A stretch of DNA of 63,520 bases, the filler included, from Welwitschia mirabilis (taxonomy: Eukaryota): NCBI GenBank assembly GCA_051453625.1. It is 7 parts of one record of this genome, joined end to end, with 100 filler letters (N's around TTAATTAATTAA, not from the genome) between each part and the next. Parts side by side here need not be neighbours in the genome. Positions count along the whole stretch, not along the records: positions 42,808 to 52,166 come from JBOZIK010000001.1; positions 52,267 to 54,656 come from JBOZIK010000001.1; positions 54,757 to 56,207 come from JBOZIK010000001.1; positions 56,308 to 61,882 come from JBOZIK010000001.1; 3 more parts are not named here. One strand, written 5' to 3'. Below are positions 49,901 through 61,982 of this stretch, piece by piece. The notes under the pieces were generated by a model. It had not been told where the DNA came from. It saw only the letters and a program-made list of their open reading frames with translations, and made no database searches. Numbering within the stretch: position 1 is the stretch's first letter; the number at the start of each line of letters is the position of its first letter. The translations under genes were made by a program, and so were the position numbers.

Positions 49901-52166
49901 AGTTTAAGTTTAAGTTTAGATTTTTGGTTTCTGGAGAATTCTCATAAAAACTGACTATCGTCTAAGATTATTATCTAGACATTAGTAGTGGATGACCAAC
50001 CTTAAAACAAGAAATCCTAGGGTTGCTAATTTTTTGATCTTCTACATAGTTTATAGACTCAGGCTCACTACTCCTCAGATCAAAAAACTCAGTTGGTAGA
50101 TTGTCAAACTTAAGTTAATCATTAAGAACATACAGGTAGTCTACTTTCGATTTATCATCAAACAAGGTTGGTTCATGAAGATATTTCCTCAGGTGGACAG
50201 TGCTATAAAAATAGAGTTAGCTTAATTTCTTCCTTCAAACTTAAATCGTTTCCTAAATCTTTTTTAGCCACATCAAACACTCTTATTGAAAATTTCTTAT
50301 TCCCAAAATGGCACTTCATTAATTTGGTTCTTGTATCTATGATATAGTGGCTTGTTACATAGAAAGCTCTACTTAGAAGTAAAGGATATCCACCATGGTA
50401 CTTAACTTTTAAAATAACTACATCGATAAGGTAGAAGGATTTCTCTATTTGAATTACCAAGTCCTTAATTACATCTAATAGTTTCTTTATAGATGCGTTA
50501 ACTAACTCCAAGATAATGGGTGTAGGTTCTACTCTTTTTATCAAACCAAGACGTTGACAAATGTGTAAAGGAATAATGTTAATACTAGTTCTAATATCTA
50601 TTAATGCTTTCTTTATTCTATGATTTTCCTCTAAAGCAACACTCACGGTTGCTGCTCCCAGATCTTTAAACTTTGGACATTTTTAGCACATCAAGTTGCT
50701 AATGGATTGAGCTAGGAAGACTTTACTAGGGATGATTTGTCTTTCTATAGCTTAGAATATCTTGTATTTCTTGCAAAAGTCTTTAAAATGGTAAGTTGAT
50801 GCTCATATTTTATATTAAGGCTTTCAAATGACCATCAAAAATAAGGTTTGTGTAAGCCTATCAAGCCATGGGATAGCAAGTTTTTTTTGTGAATGTTATT
50901 TCTTTTTTTTACTTAATGAAGAAGAGAGGGAATGGTTTTCTAGGATTTCTATGTCCTTTTCCTTATTATTCTTATTACTTTCTGATGTTGAAGCCTCCTG
51001 AGTAGAAGGAGATGTATCATTTTCACTTTTTTTCACCATCTTATAATCTTTTTTTACTTTGTTAAGATTTGGTAAAGGTTGAGTGCCAAGAGACCCTTGT
51101 GGTCTTTTGTTGGCAAGTATGGTTTCTTGTAGAATGCTCACAAGGTTTTCTATGTTGGTGATTTTCTTTTCTTAAGTTTTTCTTTACTCCTCAATAGAAT
51201 TCCTAAGAAGATCACTATGGTTTTGGGAGCTGAATGGGCTTGCCAAGTTATTTGAGATGTTAGATTAAAATTTTGATTTCTTAAATCTATTTCTAAAAGG
51301 TAGAAAGTTAGAATTGTGTGTTTGAAAATTCCTAGAGTTTGGTTATTTACTCATCATATATTAAAAATTATTGTGATTTTATACTTGTCATTGATTGTAG
51401 TTTTGATAGTAGTTTGAAGGTCTATGATTAAAGGCACAAACTTCCTCATAGATTTTTTCTTTATAAGTAGGAAGCAAGGGACAATCTTTTGTGACATGTT
51501 AGTTATCTTCACACAAATCACAGGTCAGAACTACAACTTCAATTTTTTCAATTGTCACTTTAGCATCAACGATCATTTAGATGTATTTATCTAAGATAAA
51601 GGTGAAATCCTTAATGACAATAATTGGCTCATTCTTTGTTTTTATTTCATTCCTCTCATATTTTACTTCTTTTAGATCTTTAATGATTTAGCCTATAGTT
51701 TGGTTTTTTCTAAGTGAGGTTTAGGCTAAGTTTGACTTACTTCCACCAAATCTTCTAACACTTTTCAAAAATCATCTAGGATTTGGTTCAATAAGTTACC
51801 TCCATAAGAAAAATATACANNNNNNNNNNNNNNNNNNNNNNNNNNNNNNNNNNNNNNNNNNNNNNNNNNNNNNNNNNNNNNNNNNNNNNNNNNNNNNNNN
51901 NNNNNNNNNNNNNNNNNNNAAATCTTCTAACACTTTTCAAAAATCATCTAGGATTTGGTTCAATAAGTTGCCTCCATAAGAAAAATCTACAGATTACTTT
52001 GTATGATTGTTTAATCCACTGTAAAAATAGTTAACTAGTTCTACCTGAAAAAAAGCATCTATAGGGTTTGAATGTAAAGTAATAAAAAATCTCTCATAGG
52101 CAGAGGAATAATCTTCATTAGGCATTTATTAAAAGATGGTGACTTCTTTCTTACACTTGTAGATAG
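46999..52166 (-). mobile_element. Athila-like Gypsy gag-pol remnant (minus), integrase interrupted at 46999
   Basis: FDCWGINFIGP...YILVTVDYVTK; YELMYDESNFVVDGILCQ; KKGGKWHMCIDFRKLNEVTKKD...YCFLNGYSGYNQV; IFMDDFS; KALIDIRTSINIIP; gag knuckle CDLCEDN*HVTKDC. Confidence 0.93.
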
Positions 52167-53079
52167 NNNNNNNNNNNNNNNNNNNNNNNNNNNNNNNNNN
52201 NNNNNNNNNNTTAATTAATTAANNNNNNNNNNNNNNNNNNNNNNNNNNNNNNNNNNNNNNNNNNNNGCTTATTTAATTGACACCTTTTATGTGTTTTTGA
52301 ATCTGCATAACTTACTATTGAATCATTAAAGATCCTTGTGAAGCTTTTGGGCCTTACTACGCATTTAGGTCTAAATTGTGACCTACAAAAAAGTACATGT
52401 GATTGATTGCTGCTACCAACATTTCATTTTTCAAATAGGTTTTGCCGCATTTAAATTCTAATGTTGCTAGTAAGGATTTACATTTCATTGCTGCCGGCCA
52501 GCCCCCTTCCAAAGATAAATATTTTGATAAAAAACATACATGACAGCCTTTGAGTTCAGGGTTAAAATGTTAAACTTGCTACTGCACAATTGAAAGATAT
52601 TGATCAGAGATACACTATTATCAACTATCCATCAAGATAAACTGTCTCAAAATCAAAACATTCAAACTTTGTTTGAAAAATGAATAGTTGATTGTCTAAT
52701 GTTTGAACCAATAATTGTTGCAGCTAATTTTAAATTGAGTTCAGGAATTCAACTTGGAATGACTGTGTTGTATTGGAAACAACTCCCAAAAGGCACTGAT
52801 TATCCATTTCAAGAATTAAAAACAAATTGTTCCAAGTTAAATTTCTATTTCTTTTCTTGTTACAAGTTATATTTCAATTCCCTTTGTTTGTTTTTCGTTT
52901 AAAAATTTTGACCATGCTCTGAGTGGAATTGCAATGACAATCTTGTCAAAATTGATGCTGATGTATGGGGCTTTGATTACCAATGGGACTACTACTGGGC
53001 TTGGAAGAGTAGCTGTTAGAGCACTCTTGATGTAACCCATGATGTTTCCTTTCCTTGGTTAATAATTATCCTCTCTCAA

Positions 53080-54577
53080 ATTTTTTTTCGACCATGGTTG
53101 CATGTATGGATTTAGAGCTACAGCAACTTGACATTAAAACATATTTTCTGGATGATAATTTGGTTGAAAAGATATACACAGCATAGCTAAAAGGTTTTTG
53201 TGAGCGAGAATAAACCTTTTATGAAGGCTGGAAAGAATCCTGTTGGAGCAAAATTATAGGTAAGTTGCACATGACTTTTCTGTTACTCCATGTTGGCAAC
53301 ATGCTGATACCAGGAAATGACCCCGCTGAGATTGAGAGGCTAAAGGCTTGTATGATGCAAAAGTTTGCAACACAACATCTTGGTTACACAAAGCAGAATC
53401 CTTGAGATGAGTTTCAAAAGAGACAAGAAGGGCAGAAAACTTTGGTTAAGTTGGAGAGATTACATCAGTAAAGTTTTTAGCAGATTTAATGTGTTACCAT
53501 AGTGTGGTTTCTACTCATTTACCGGGTCACTTTAAGCTTTCCAAGGAAGGTTGTCCCATTTCTAAACAGTATAAATAGGATGTTGTTTCCTACACACCAG
53601 CAGCTGGTAGCCTGATGTATAGTATGGTCTACATCAGCCCAGATATTGCTTATGTAATGTGAGTTATTTGTATGTATACGAGCAATCTGGGCATGACAAA
53701 TTAGAAAGCTGTGAAATGAATCTTGCTGTATGTGAAGGGAACTTGGAGAATCATGTTTGGAAGGTCTTGGTCATACATAAGCTAATAATGCAGGCTACAA
53801 GGATATCAGTAAATGTAAAAGTTAGTTGCATGTCATGAATCTAGTGTGAGTTAGCATTGTTTACTGCAGAAGTCTACTATATCGACTCTTAATGACAGAA
53901 AAGATGATTTGGTTGAGATGCATTCTTGAGTCTTTTGGCTTTAATCAAGCCAGATACAATGTGCATTGTGACAGCTAGAGTGTAATTCACTTGTCAAGAA
54001 TGTAGCTAATCAAAAACGTTCTAGAAGACGACTAGTTGTAGGACCTAATATTGGCACTAAGGAAAACCTGACAAATTTTTTAACAAAGGCAGTAGATAGA
54101 ACAAAACGTGAAATTCTATATGGAAGGCATTGGACTTGCAGTTATATCATCTAGGCATCTTGGACATGGTGCATCTCTTGGCTCTTTACTCTGGAGGTTG
54201 CTTCAAATGATACTAGATTGTCTTCAATCAGGAGATTGTTGGAGTGTCAAGTCAAATTTATATGTTCCTTCCTTTTCCTCCCTCTAGAGTGTCATATTCT
54301 AGCTTTGAACCTGTGTACTGTCATAAGATGCGGCTCTGTTATAAATTCATCTATCAAGTTAAAATAAACAAATTAGGTTTAGAAGCTTTTAGAAGCTCCT
54401 ATAGGTGTAGAGGCTTCTAGAGTATTTTTCTATATGTGTAGGGATTTTTAGAGGATTCTGCCCTAGCATTATATGAACTTCACTTGTAGTTGTGTTGTGC
54501 GATGTGGTATTGCATTTGAAGAGTGTTTCCTATCTAAGAGGAAGGAGTAATTGTTGAGTAAGGAAGAGGTGTGAGTG

Positions 54578-54656
<79 letters not shown>
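53080..54656 (+). mobile_element. Tork/Tnt1-like Copia 3' fragment: RT, RNase H, PPT and 3' LTR start (54237)
   Basis: DLELQQLDIKTYFL; LLLHVGNMLI; AGSLMYSMVYISPDIAY; VHCDS*SVIHL; ENLTNFLTK; caggagat followed by tgttggag. Confidence 0.85.
54582..54656. repeat. Compound (GT)n(GA)n microsatellite
   Basis: Direct reading; runs into a gap. Confidence 0.95.
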
Positions 54657-54756
54657 NNNNNNNNNNNNNNNNNNNNNNNNNNNNNNNNNNNNNNNNNNNN
54701 TTAATTAATTAANNNNNNNNNNNNNNNNNNNNNNNNNNNNNNNNNNNNNNNNNNNN

Positions 54757-57700
54757 CTTGATAAAGTTCTCTTTACCCAGTGTCAATTGTTCGGTGATCC
54801 TTTGCGCATCCTATAGGCCTTTGAATAGATCGTTTGTCCTTTTGTTTGCTTCAAGCAACTTAGTTTCATGATCATTAACCTATTTTCTTAAAAGAACATT
54901 TTTATTTCCTAATTCAATAACATTATAGAGGTTCTCATAGGCATCAATAAGATCATCATAGTCTAAATTGGAACATTCTTTAAAATCACTTTCTAAGCAT
55001 ACCTGATCGTCTTCATGATCTTCTTCTGTAGCTATGAGTCCAAGGTTTGAATCCTCGATGAAAGACAATAGTCCAAAGTCCAATACCTCATTATCATCAT
55101 TTGAGTTACCTGCTTCTTCATTAGAGTCATCCCCTATTACTTTGAGAGCCCTTTTCTCCTTGCCTTTTGAACTTCATTCCTTTCTTTTGTTGGCACATTC
55201 AGAGGCTACATGACCAAAACCTCTGCATTCAAAATATTGAATAGAGTTAAGATGTTTGCTTAACTTTTTCATTTCCCCGTTTTGAAAACTTTTTGAGAGG
55301 TTTTACTTCTTTTTTCTTTCTTAGGAATTTTTTGAAATTTGGGGTGTAGAAGGCTAGGTCCTTAGCTTCTTTAGATGATGAGTCCTCTTGATTTCCTCAT
55401 TGGCTTTGAGGGCTATGCTTCTCCTTTTTTGAGTTTCTTCTTCTGGTAATAAGGTGGCTTCGTACGCCATGAGAGATCCTTTTAGCTCCTTTATTTTGAT
55501 GGTATCGATGTCTTTAATTTCTTCAATGGCTGTTACTTTGGATCTAAATTTCTTTGTCAGATTTCTAAGAATTTTGTATACAATTCTATTTTCAGGAAGC
55601 TTTTCACCAAGTCCTCACATGTTGTTTGTGATGTTGGTGATCTTGGTGGTATTATTGACAATCATTTCAGATTATTCCATCTTTATATTCTTAAACTTGG
55701 TTGCAAGAAGTTGCAGCATGGTGTTCTTAATTGTGTTTGTTCCTTCATTTGTTATTTTCAGTGTCTCCCATACTTCTTGTACCATAGTGTATTGAATAAT
55801 ACGGTCATATTCCTTTGGTGCAAGAGCGCATATGATTGCGTTCATAGCTTGAGCATTTAGTCAAGCTTNNNNNNNNNNNNNNNNNNNNNNNNNNNNNNNN
55901 NNNNNNNNNNNNNNNNNNNNNNNNNNNNNNNTTGTTTTGGGAGTCTGATAACTCTTTATAATAATTTCCCAGATGTCCACATCTACTAAAGTAAAAAAAG
56001 ATAGTCATTTTCGACTTCCAGTGAGCGTAGTTACTTCTAGAGAGGAGAGGAGGTCTAAAGATTAACTGTTCTTCAATAAAGCTTGAAGAGCCCATCCTGT
56101 AGATCTGAAACAATAATAAGAGCAACAAAGAACTAATCTAGAGCAACTAGGCTCTGATACCAATTGTTAGGATCAAAATGCTTTAGAGGGGGTGAATAGA
56201 GTGTTTANNNNNNNNNNNNNNNNNNNNNNNNNNNNNNNNNNNNNNNNNNNNTTAATTAATTAANNNNNNNNNNNNNNNNNNNNNNNNNNNNNNNNNNNNN
56301 NNNNNNNTGAGTTTGCTTTATTTAAGTAAGTCAAAGAGAAATAGCTGTTGTAGTATGTCTAGGTAGAATAACCATGTTGAAAAACATAATTTAGATTGAC
56401 AGAGATCTATTTCTTCATGGGAAAACTGCGTTGGGTGACTAAACAGATCTATAACATCCATTTGGTCAGACATCTCAAAATAAGGTCGGACGTACCATCT
56501 TTTTGCGGTCAAAAACTTGAACATCCCATTTTGAGATACAGACATTCCACATCTTTGCTATGAGATTTACCCAGATNNNNNNNNNNCAGTGAACTATGTT
56601 GGACATCCCACATTACAGGTGCTTTTGTGAAAAATCCGTGAGCAGTCCTAGACATCTCATTGTAATAGGTCGGACATCCCACTCTGTGAGTTCTTCTGTA
56701 AAAAGGCCGTGAGGGGTCCCAGACATCCCATTGTAATGGGTTGGATGTCCCAGCATGTATTACTTACAGATTTTATTGTTATCATCATGCTTCTTTGAAC
56801 TTTGGGCTTTCATCATTGAAACCACTGGATATCCTTGATTTGTNNNNNNNNNNNNNNNNNNNNNNNNNNNNNNNNNNNNNNNNNNNNNNNNNNNNNNNNN
56901 NNNNNNNNNNNNNNNNNNNNNNNNNNNNNNNNNNNNNNNNNNNNNNNNNNNNNNNNNNNNNNNNNNNNNNNNNNNNNNNNNNNNNNNNNNNNNNNNNNNN
57001 NNNNNNNNNNNNNNNNNNNNNNNNNNNNNNNNNNNNNNNNNNNNNNNNNNNNNNNNNNNNNNNNNNNNNNNNNNNNNNNNNNNNNNNNNNNNNNNNNNNN
57101 NNNNNNNNNNNNNNNNNNNNNNNNNNNNNNNNNNNNNNNNNNNNNNNNNNNNNNNNNNNNNNNNNNNNNNNNNNNNNNNNNNNNNNNNNNNNNNNNNNNN
57201 NNNNNNNNNNNNNNNNNNNNNNNNNNNNNNNNNNNNNNNNNNNNNNNNNNNNNNNNNNNNNNNNNNNNNNNNNNNNNNNNNNNNNNNNNNNNNNNNNNNN
57301 NNNNNNNNNNNNNNNNNNNNNNNNNNNNNNNNNNNNNNNNNNNNNNNNNNNNNNNNNNNNNNNNNNNNNNNNNNNNNNNNNNNNNNNNNNNNNNNNNNNN
57401 NNNNNNNNNNNNNNNNNNNNNNNNNNNNNNNNNNNNNNNNNNNNNNNNNNNNNNNNNNNNNNNNNNNNNNNNNNNNNNNNNNNNNNNNNNNNNNNNNNNN
57501 NNNNNNNNNNNNNNNNNNNNNNNNNNNNNNNNNNNNNNNNNNNNNNNNNNNNNNNNNNNNNNNNNNNNNNNNNNNNNNNNNNNNNNNNNNNNNNNNNNNN
57601 NNNNNNNNNNNNNNNNNNNNNNNNNNNNNNNNNNNNNNNNNNNNNNNNNNNNNNNNNNNNNNNNNNNNNNNNNNNNNNNNNNNNNNNNNNNNNNNNNNNN

Positions 57701-57900
57701 NNNNNNNNNNNNNNNNNNNNNNNNNNNNNNNNNNNNNNNNNNNNNNNNNNNNNNNNNNNNNNNNNNNNNCAGACATCCAATGGTAATGGGTTGGACGTCC
57801 CAACATGTATTACTTGCAGATTTTGTTGTTATCATCATGCTTCTTTGAACTTTGGGTTTTCATCATTGAAACCACTGGATATCCTTGATTTGTATCAATA
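54757..57900 (-). mobile_element. Sirevirus copy D: 5' LTR (56165-57900, gapped), intact PBS and gag
   Basis: PBS gctctgatacca at 56151-56162. LTR end tgttagga...gagggggtgaatag. Gag MGSSSFIEEQLIFRPPLLSRSNYAHWKSKM starts at 56095, with knuckle YFECRGFGHVASEC. GGACGTCC-core repeats at 56460-57800. Confidence 0.85.
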
Positions 57901-58261
57901 GAAGGAATTTACATCAATATGTTTTCTTTGATGCTAAAAGAAGGGTGTGAATAGTTATACTGGCTTATCATTACAAAACTCATTAGCATAAGAAGAAGAA
58001 GGCTCTTAATGAACTACTTGAGGACTTCCCTTGTGAAAGTTTATCATCTCAACATTTTGTTATTGAAATCTCATTTTCTGTCCTCTCCCCTCACCCCCAC
58101 AATTTCCAGTTATAAATTCTTAGCCTAAAACCCCGATTTCCTTTCTCTTTATATCTGTTATAGCTAGCCTAAATAGATAATAATAAAAGGGAGTAGATAA
58201 ACCTTGAGTGCTACCAAGTTTTGATTTATTGAATGGAGATCTCCCACTTCCTAACAGCTTG

Positions 58262-58992
58262 ATAATAATTCAAGCTCTTAGTAGGAATGTTGTTTTTAAT
58301 GAAGAAGTAAGCTGGACTTGGCATGAAAATTTGAACTTCCACCTGAAAATAAAGCTCCACAAATTAAAATACAACAATCTTCTGTTCCAAGTTCATCAAG
58401 TTCATCTCCTTCATCTTCACCAAGTTCGTCATCTTCAAGCTCTAGTGATAGAAGTTTATCTTTAGAAGAAACTCCTCCCAAAAAATTTAGATCATTGACA
58501 GAGATTTATGGGGCTACATAATCTTGTTTATAGTTGATCTAACAACATTTGAAAAATTAATAAATAAAGAAGAATGGTGCAATGCCATGAAAGAAGAAAT
58601 TGTAGCAATTCAAAGAAATCAAACTTGGGAATTAATGGATCTAGCAGATGGTAAAAATGCAATTGTTTTAAAATGGGTGTTCAAAACAAAGTATCATGGA
58701 CATGGAAGCATACAGAAGCACAAGGCTTGAGTGGTAGCAAAGGACTACTCACAATAGCCAGGTACCGAGTTCAAAGAAATATTTTCCCCTATTGCTTGAT
58801 TTGACAAGATGAGTACCATTTTGACATTGATTGCACAATTGTAATGGCCTGTGTATTAGTTTGGTGTTAAATGAATGTTTTTAAATGGTAAGTTACGAGA
58901 GGAGGTGTACGCTATTCAGCTAGAAGGATTCATAGTTAAACATAACGAAGAGAAAGTGTACAAGCTGCAGAAAGCACTGTATGGGTTAAAGC
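58262..58992 (+). pseudogene. Copia (Ivana-like) integrase tail and RT N-terminus
   Basis: SRNVVFNEEVSWTW; WCNAMKEEIVAIQRNQTWEL...KWVFKTK...[19 protein letters not shown] cut by an LTR. Confidence 0.88.
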
Positions 58993-61882
58993 TGTTAGAT
59001 TATATTTGCCATTTAATATTAAACTAATTTCTCTTGTGTATTGTAAATTGTTACATCTTGTGTGTAGATGAGATTGAGTTTTTGCAGGTGAAAGAATTGG
59101 ACCAAAATGCATCAGAAAAATAGATGAGTTTTGTTAACCTCCAGTGGGGGTCGACAGGATCCTAAAGGGTCGATTGCAACTAAAGTAATTACAAGAAAAA
59201 TGAACTGAACCCAGAGGGGTTGACCGGATTCTAATGAGGTTAACTAAACCTATAACCTGAAGAATCAGTGTCCCTGGACCAAATGGTAAGGGGTTGACTG
59301 GATTTTTATGGGGTCGACGGGANNNNNNNNNNNNNNNNNNNNNNNNNNNNNNNNNNNNNNNNNNNNNNNNNNNNNNNNNNNNNNNNNNNNNNNNNNNNNN
59401 NNNNNNNNNNNNNNNNNNNNNNCAAGTTACGAGAGGAGGTGTATGCTATTCAGCTAGAAGGATTCATAGTTAAACGTAACGAAGAGAAAGTGTACAAGCT
59501 GCAGAAAGCACTATATGGGTTAAAGCTGTTAGATTATATTTGCCATTTAATATCAAACTAATTTCTCTTGTGTATTGTAAATTGTTACATCTTGTGTGCA
59601 GATGAGATTGAGTTTTTGCAGGTGAAAGAATTGGACCAAAATGTACCAGAAAAATAGCTGAGTTATGTTAACCTCCAGTTGGGGTCGACAGGATTCTAAA
59701 GGGTCGACCACAACTAAAGCAGTTACAAGAAAAATGAACTGAACCCAGAGGGGTTGACCAGATTCTGATGAGGTCGAGTAGACCTGTAACCTGAAGAATC
59801 AGTGTCCCTGGACCAAATGGTAAGGGGTTGACTGGATTTTTATGGGGTCGACGTGACTTGTGTAATTCACGATACCATATGGGGTCGACTGGATTTTTGT
59901 GAGGTCAACCAGATGACATGGAAAAGAAATTTATCTAAATGTTATGTATCTATTTCCTAGTTGTTTTCTAGCCGTTTATAGCTATTGGAGGTGTAGTTCA
60001 TTTGTAATAAACCCTAATAGCCTTTCATTATAAATAGCTAGACAATAGATGACGTAGAGACCTTTTTTAGCACTATTAAAATTTAGCATAATCATTGTGG
60101 ATCTGAAAAATCAAGTTATATTTTNNNNNNNNNNTTGAGAAGACCTATCTTTGGTAAAAGAGCTTCACTCAGAATCAGATCAAAGAACTTCATCACTATG
60201 ATCTATTGGAGAAGAACTTCATTCATTGTACTGCTATCAAATGTATGATATATGAGTAATCAAGGTATCATCGCATCACATCCATTGCTTCCAGATGTTA
60301 AGACTTAGCCTGTAAAAGTCCGTTGTTAAGCTTGAGACTTAGCTTGTAAAAGTCCACTTGTAAGGGTTATAGGTGAACCTAGTAAAACCTGTGGAGTAAC
60401 AGAGATCTAATATCAAGCTTAGGAGAAGCTGATCATCGAGAGTAGAGTAGGGGAGTTATGAAACCACTATAAATCCTGCATGCATCAAAATTGGTAGTTT
60501 ATGTTTTTCTGTCTTTTTAATTCTTTACTTTTAGTTTCCCATTTTTGTATGTACATTCTTGATTTCATTATTTTTACATGCAAACTGTGATTAAATAGNN
60601 NNNNNNNNNNNNNNNNNNNNNNNNNNNNNNNNNNNNNNNNNNNNNNNNNNNNNNNNNNNNNNNNNNNNNNNNNNNNNNNNNNNNNNNNNNNNNNNNNNCC
60701 CAGGATGGGATCAACTAGATAGGGGTTGACTAAACTTAGAGACATAAAAACCTAGGGTGATCAAAGTCTTCTCTCGAGTGACTTGTGTAATTCATGATAC
60801 CATATGGGTTGACTGGATTTTTATGAGGTCAACCAGATGACACGGAAAAGAAATTTATCTAAATGTTATTTATCTATTTCCTAGTCATTTTCTAGCTGTT
60901 TATAGCTATTGGAGGTGTAGTTCATTTGTAATAAATAGCTAGGTAATAGATGACCTAGAGACCTTTTTTAGCACTATTAAAATTTAGCATAATCATTGTG
61001 GATCTGAAAAATCAAGTTATATTTTTATTGACATATGATTATATTGCTTCACATCTGATTGAGGAGACCTATCTTTGGTAAAAGAGCTTCACTCAGAATT
61101 AGATCGAAGAACTTCATCATTGTGATCTATTGGAGAAGAACTTCATTCATTGTACTGCTATCAAACCTAGTAAAACCTGTGAAGTAACAGAGATCTGATA
61201 TCAAGCTTGGGAGAAGCTGATCATCGAGAGTGGAGTAGGGGAGTTTCGGAACCACTATAAATCTTGCATGCATCAAAATTGGTAGTTTATGTTTTTTGGT
61301 CTTTTTGATTCTTTACTTTTAGTTTCCTATTTTTGTATGTACATTCTTGATTTCATTCTTTTTACATGCAAACCGTGATTAAATAGTTTTANNNNNNNNN
61401 NNNNNNNNNNNNNNNNNNNNNNNNNNNNNNNNNNNNNNNNNNNNNNNNNNNNNNNNNNNNNNNNNNNNNNNNNNNNNNNNNNNNNNNNNNNTTAATTTTT
61501 TTTAGCATAAGTTTTTAAAAGAACCTATTCAAGTCCTTCAACAGATCTAGACTTAAAAACCTTAAAAATAAGTAACTTAACTGATGGATTTTCAACCGGT
61601 TGTCCATCCATGTTCGATGGTTCAAACTATGCCTATTTGAAAGCTAGGATGAGAATTTTTCTTAGATCCTTAGATGCCAATATAGAAGAAGTCATATATA
61701 AAGGTCATACTGAGCCTATGTTAACCCAAATAGATGCAAATGGTAATACTATCTTAGTCCCAAAATCCAAAGAAAAATAGACTCCCATAAATAAAACAAA
61801 AGCCACCATAGATGCCCGTGCTCTTAATGCTATTTTTTGTGCAGTATGTGCAAATGAATTTAAAAGACTTGTGAACTATAAT
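58993..61882 (+). mobile_element. Sirevirus copy E: 5' LTR (with gap-flanking duplicates) and gag start
   Basis: LTR starts tgttagatt at 58993 (duplicate at 59527) and carries GGGGTCGAC repeats and gagtaggg...aaccactataaatc. Gag DGFSTGCPSMFDGSNYAYLKARMRIFLRSLD starts at ~61582. Confidence 0.85.
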
Positions 61883-61982
61883 NNNNNNNNNNNNNNNNNN
61901 NNNNNNNNNNNNNNNNNNNNNNNNNNTTAATTAATTAANNNNNNNNNNNNNNNNNNNNNNNNNNNNNNNNNNNNNNNNNNNN

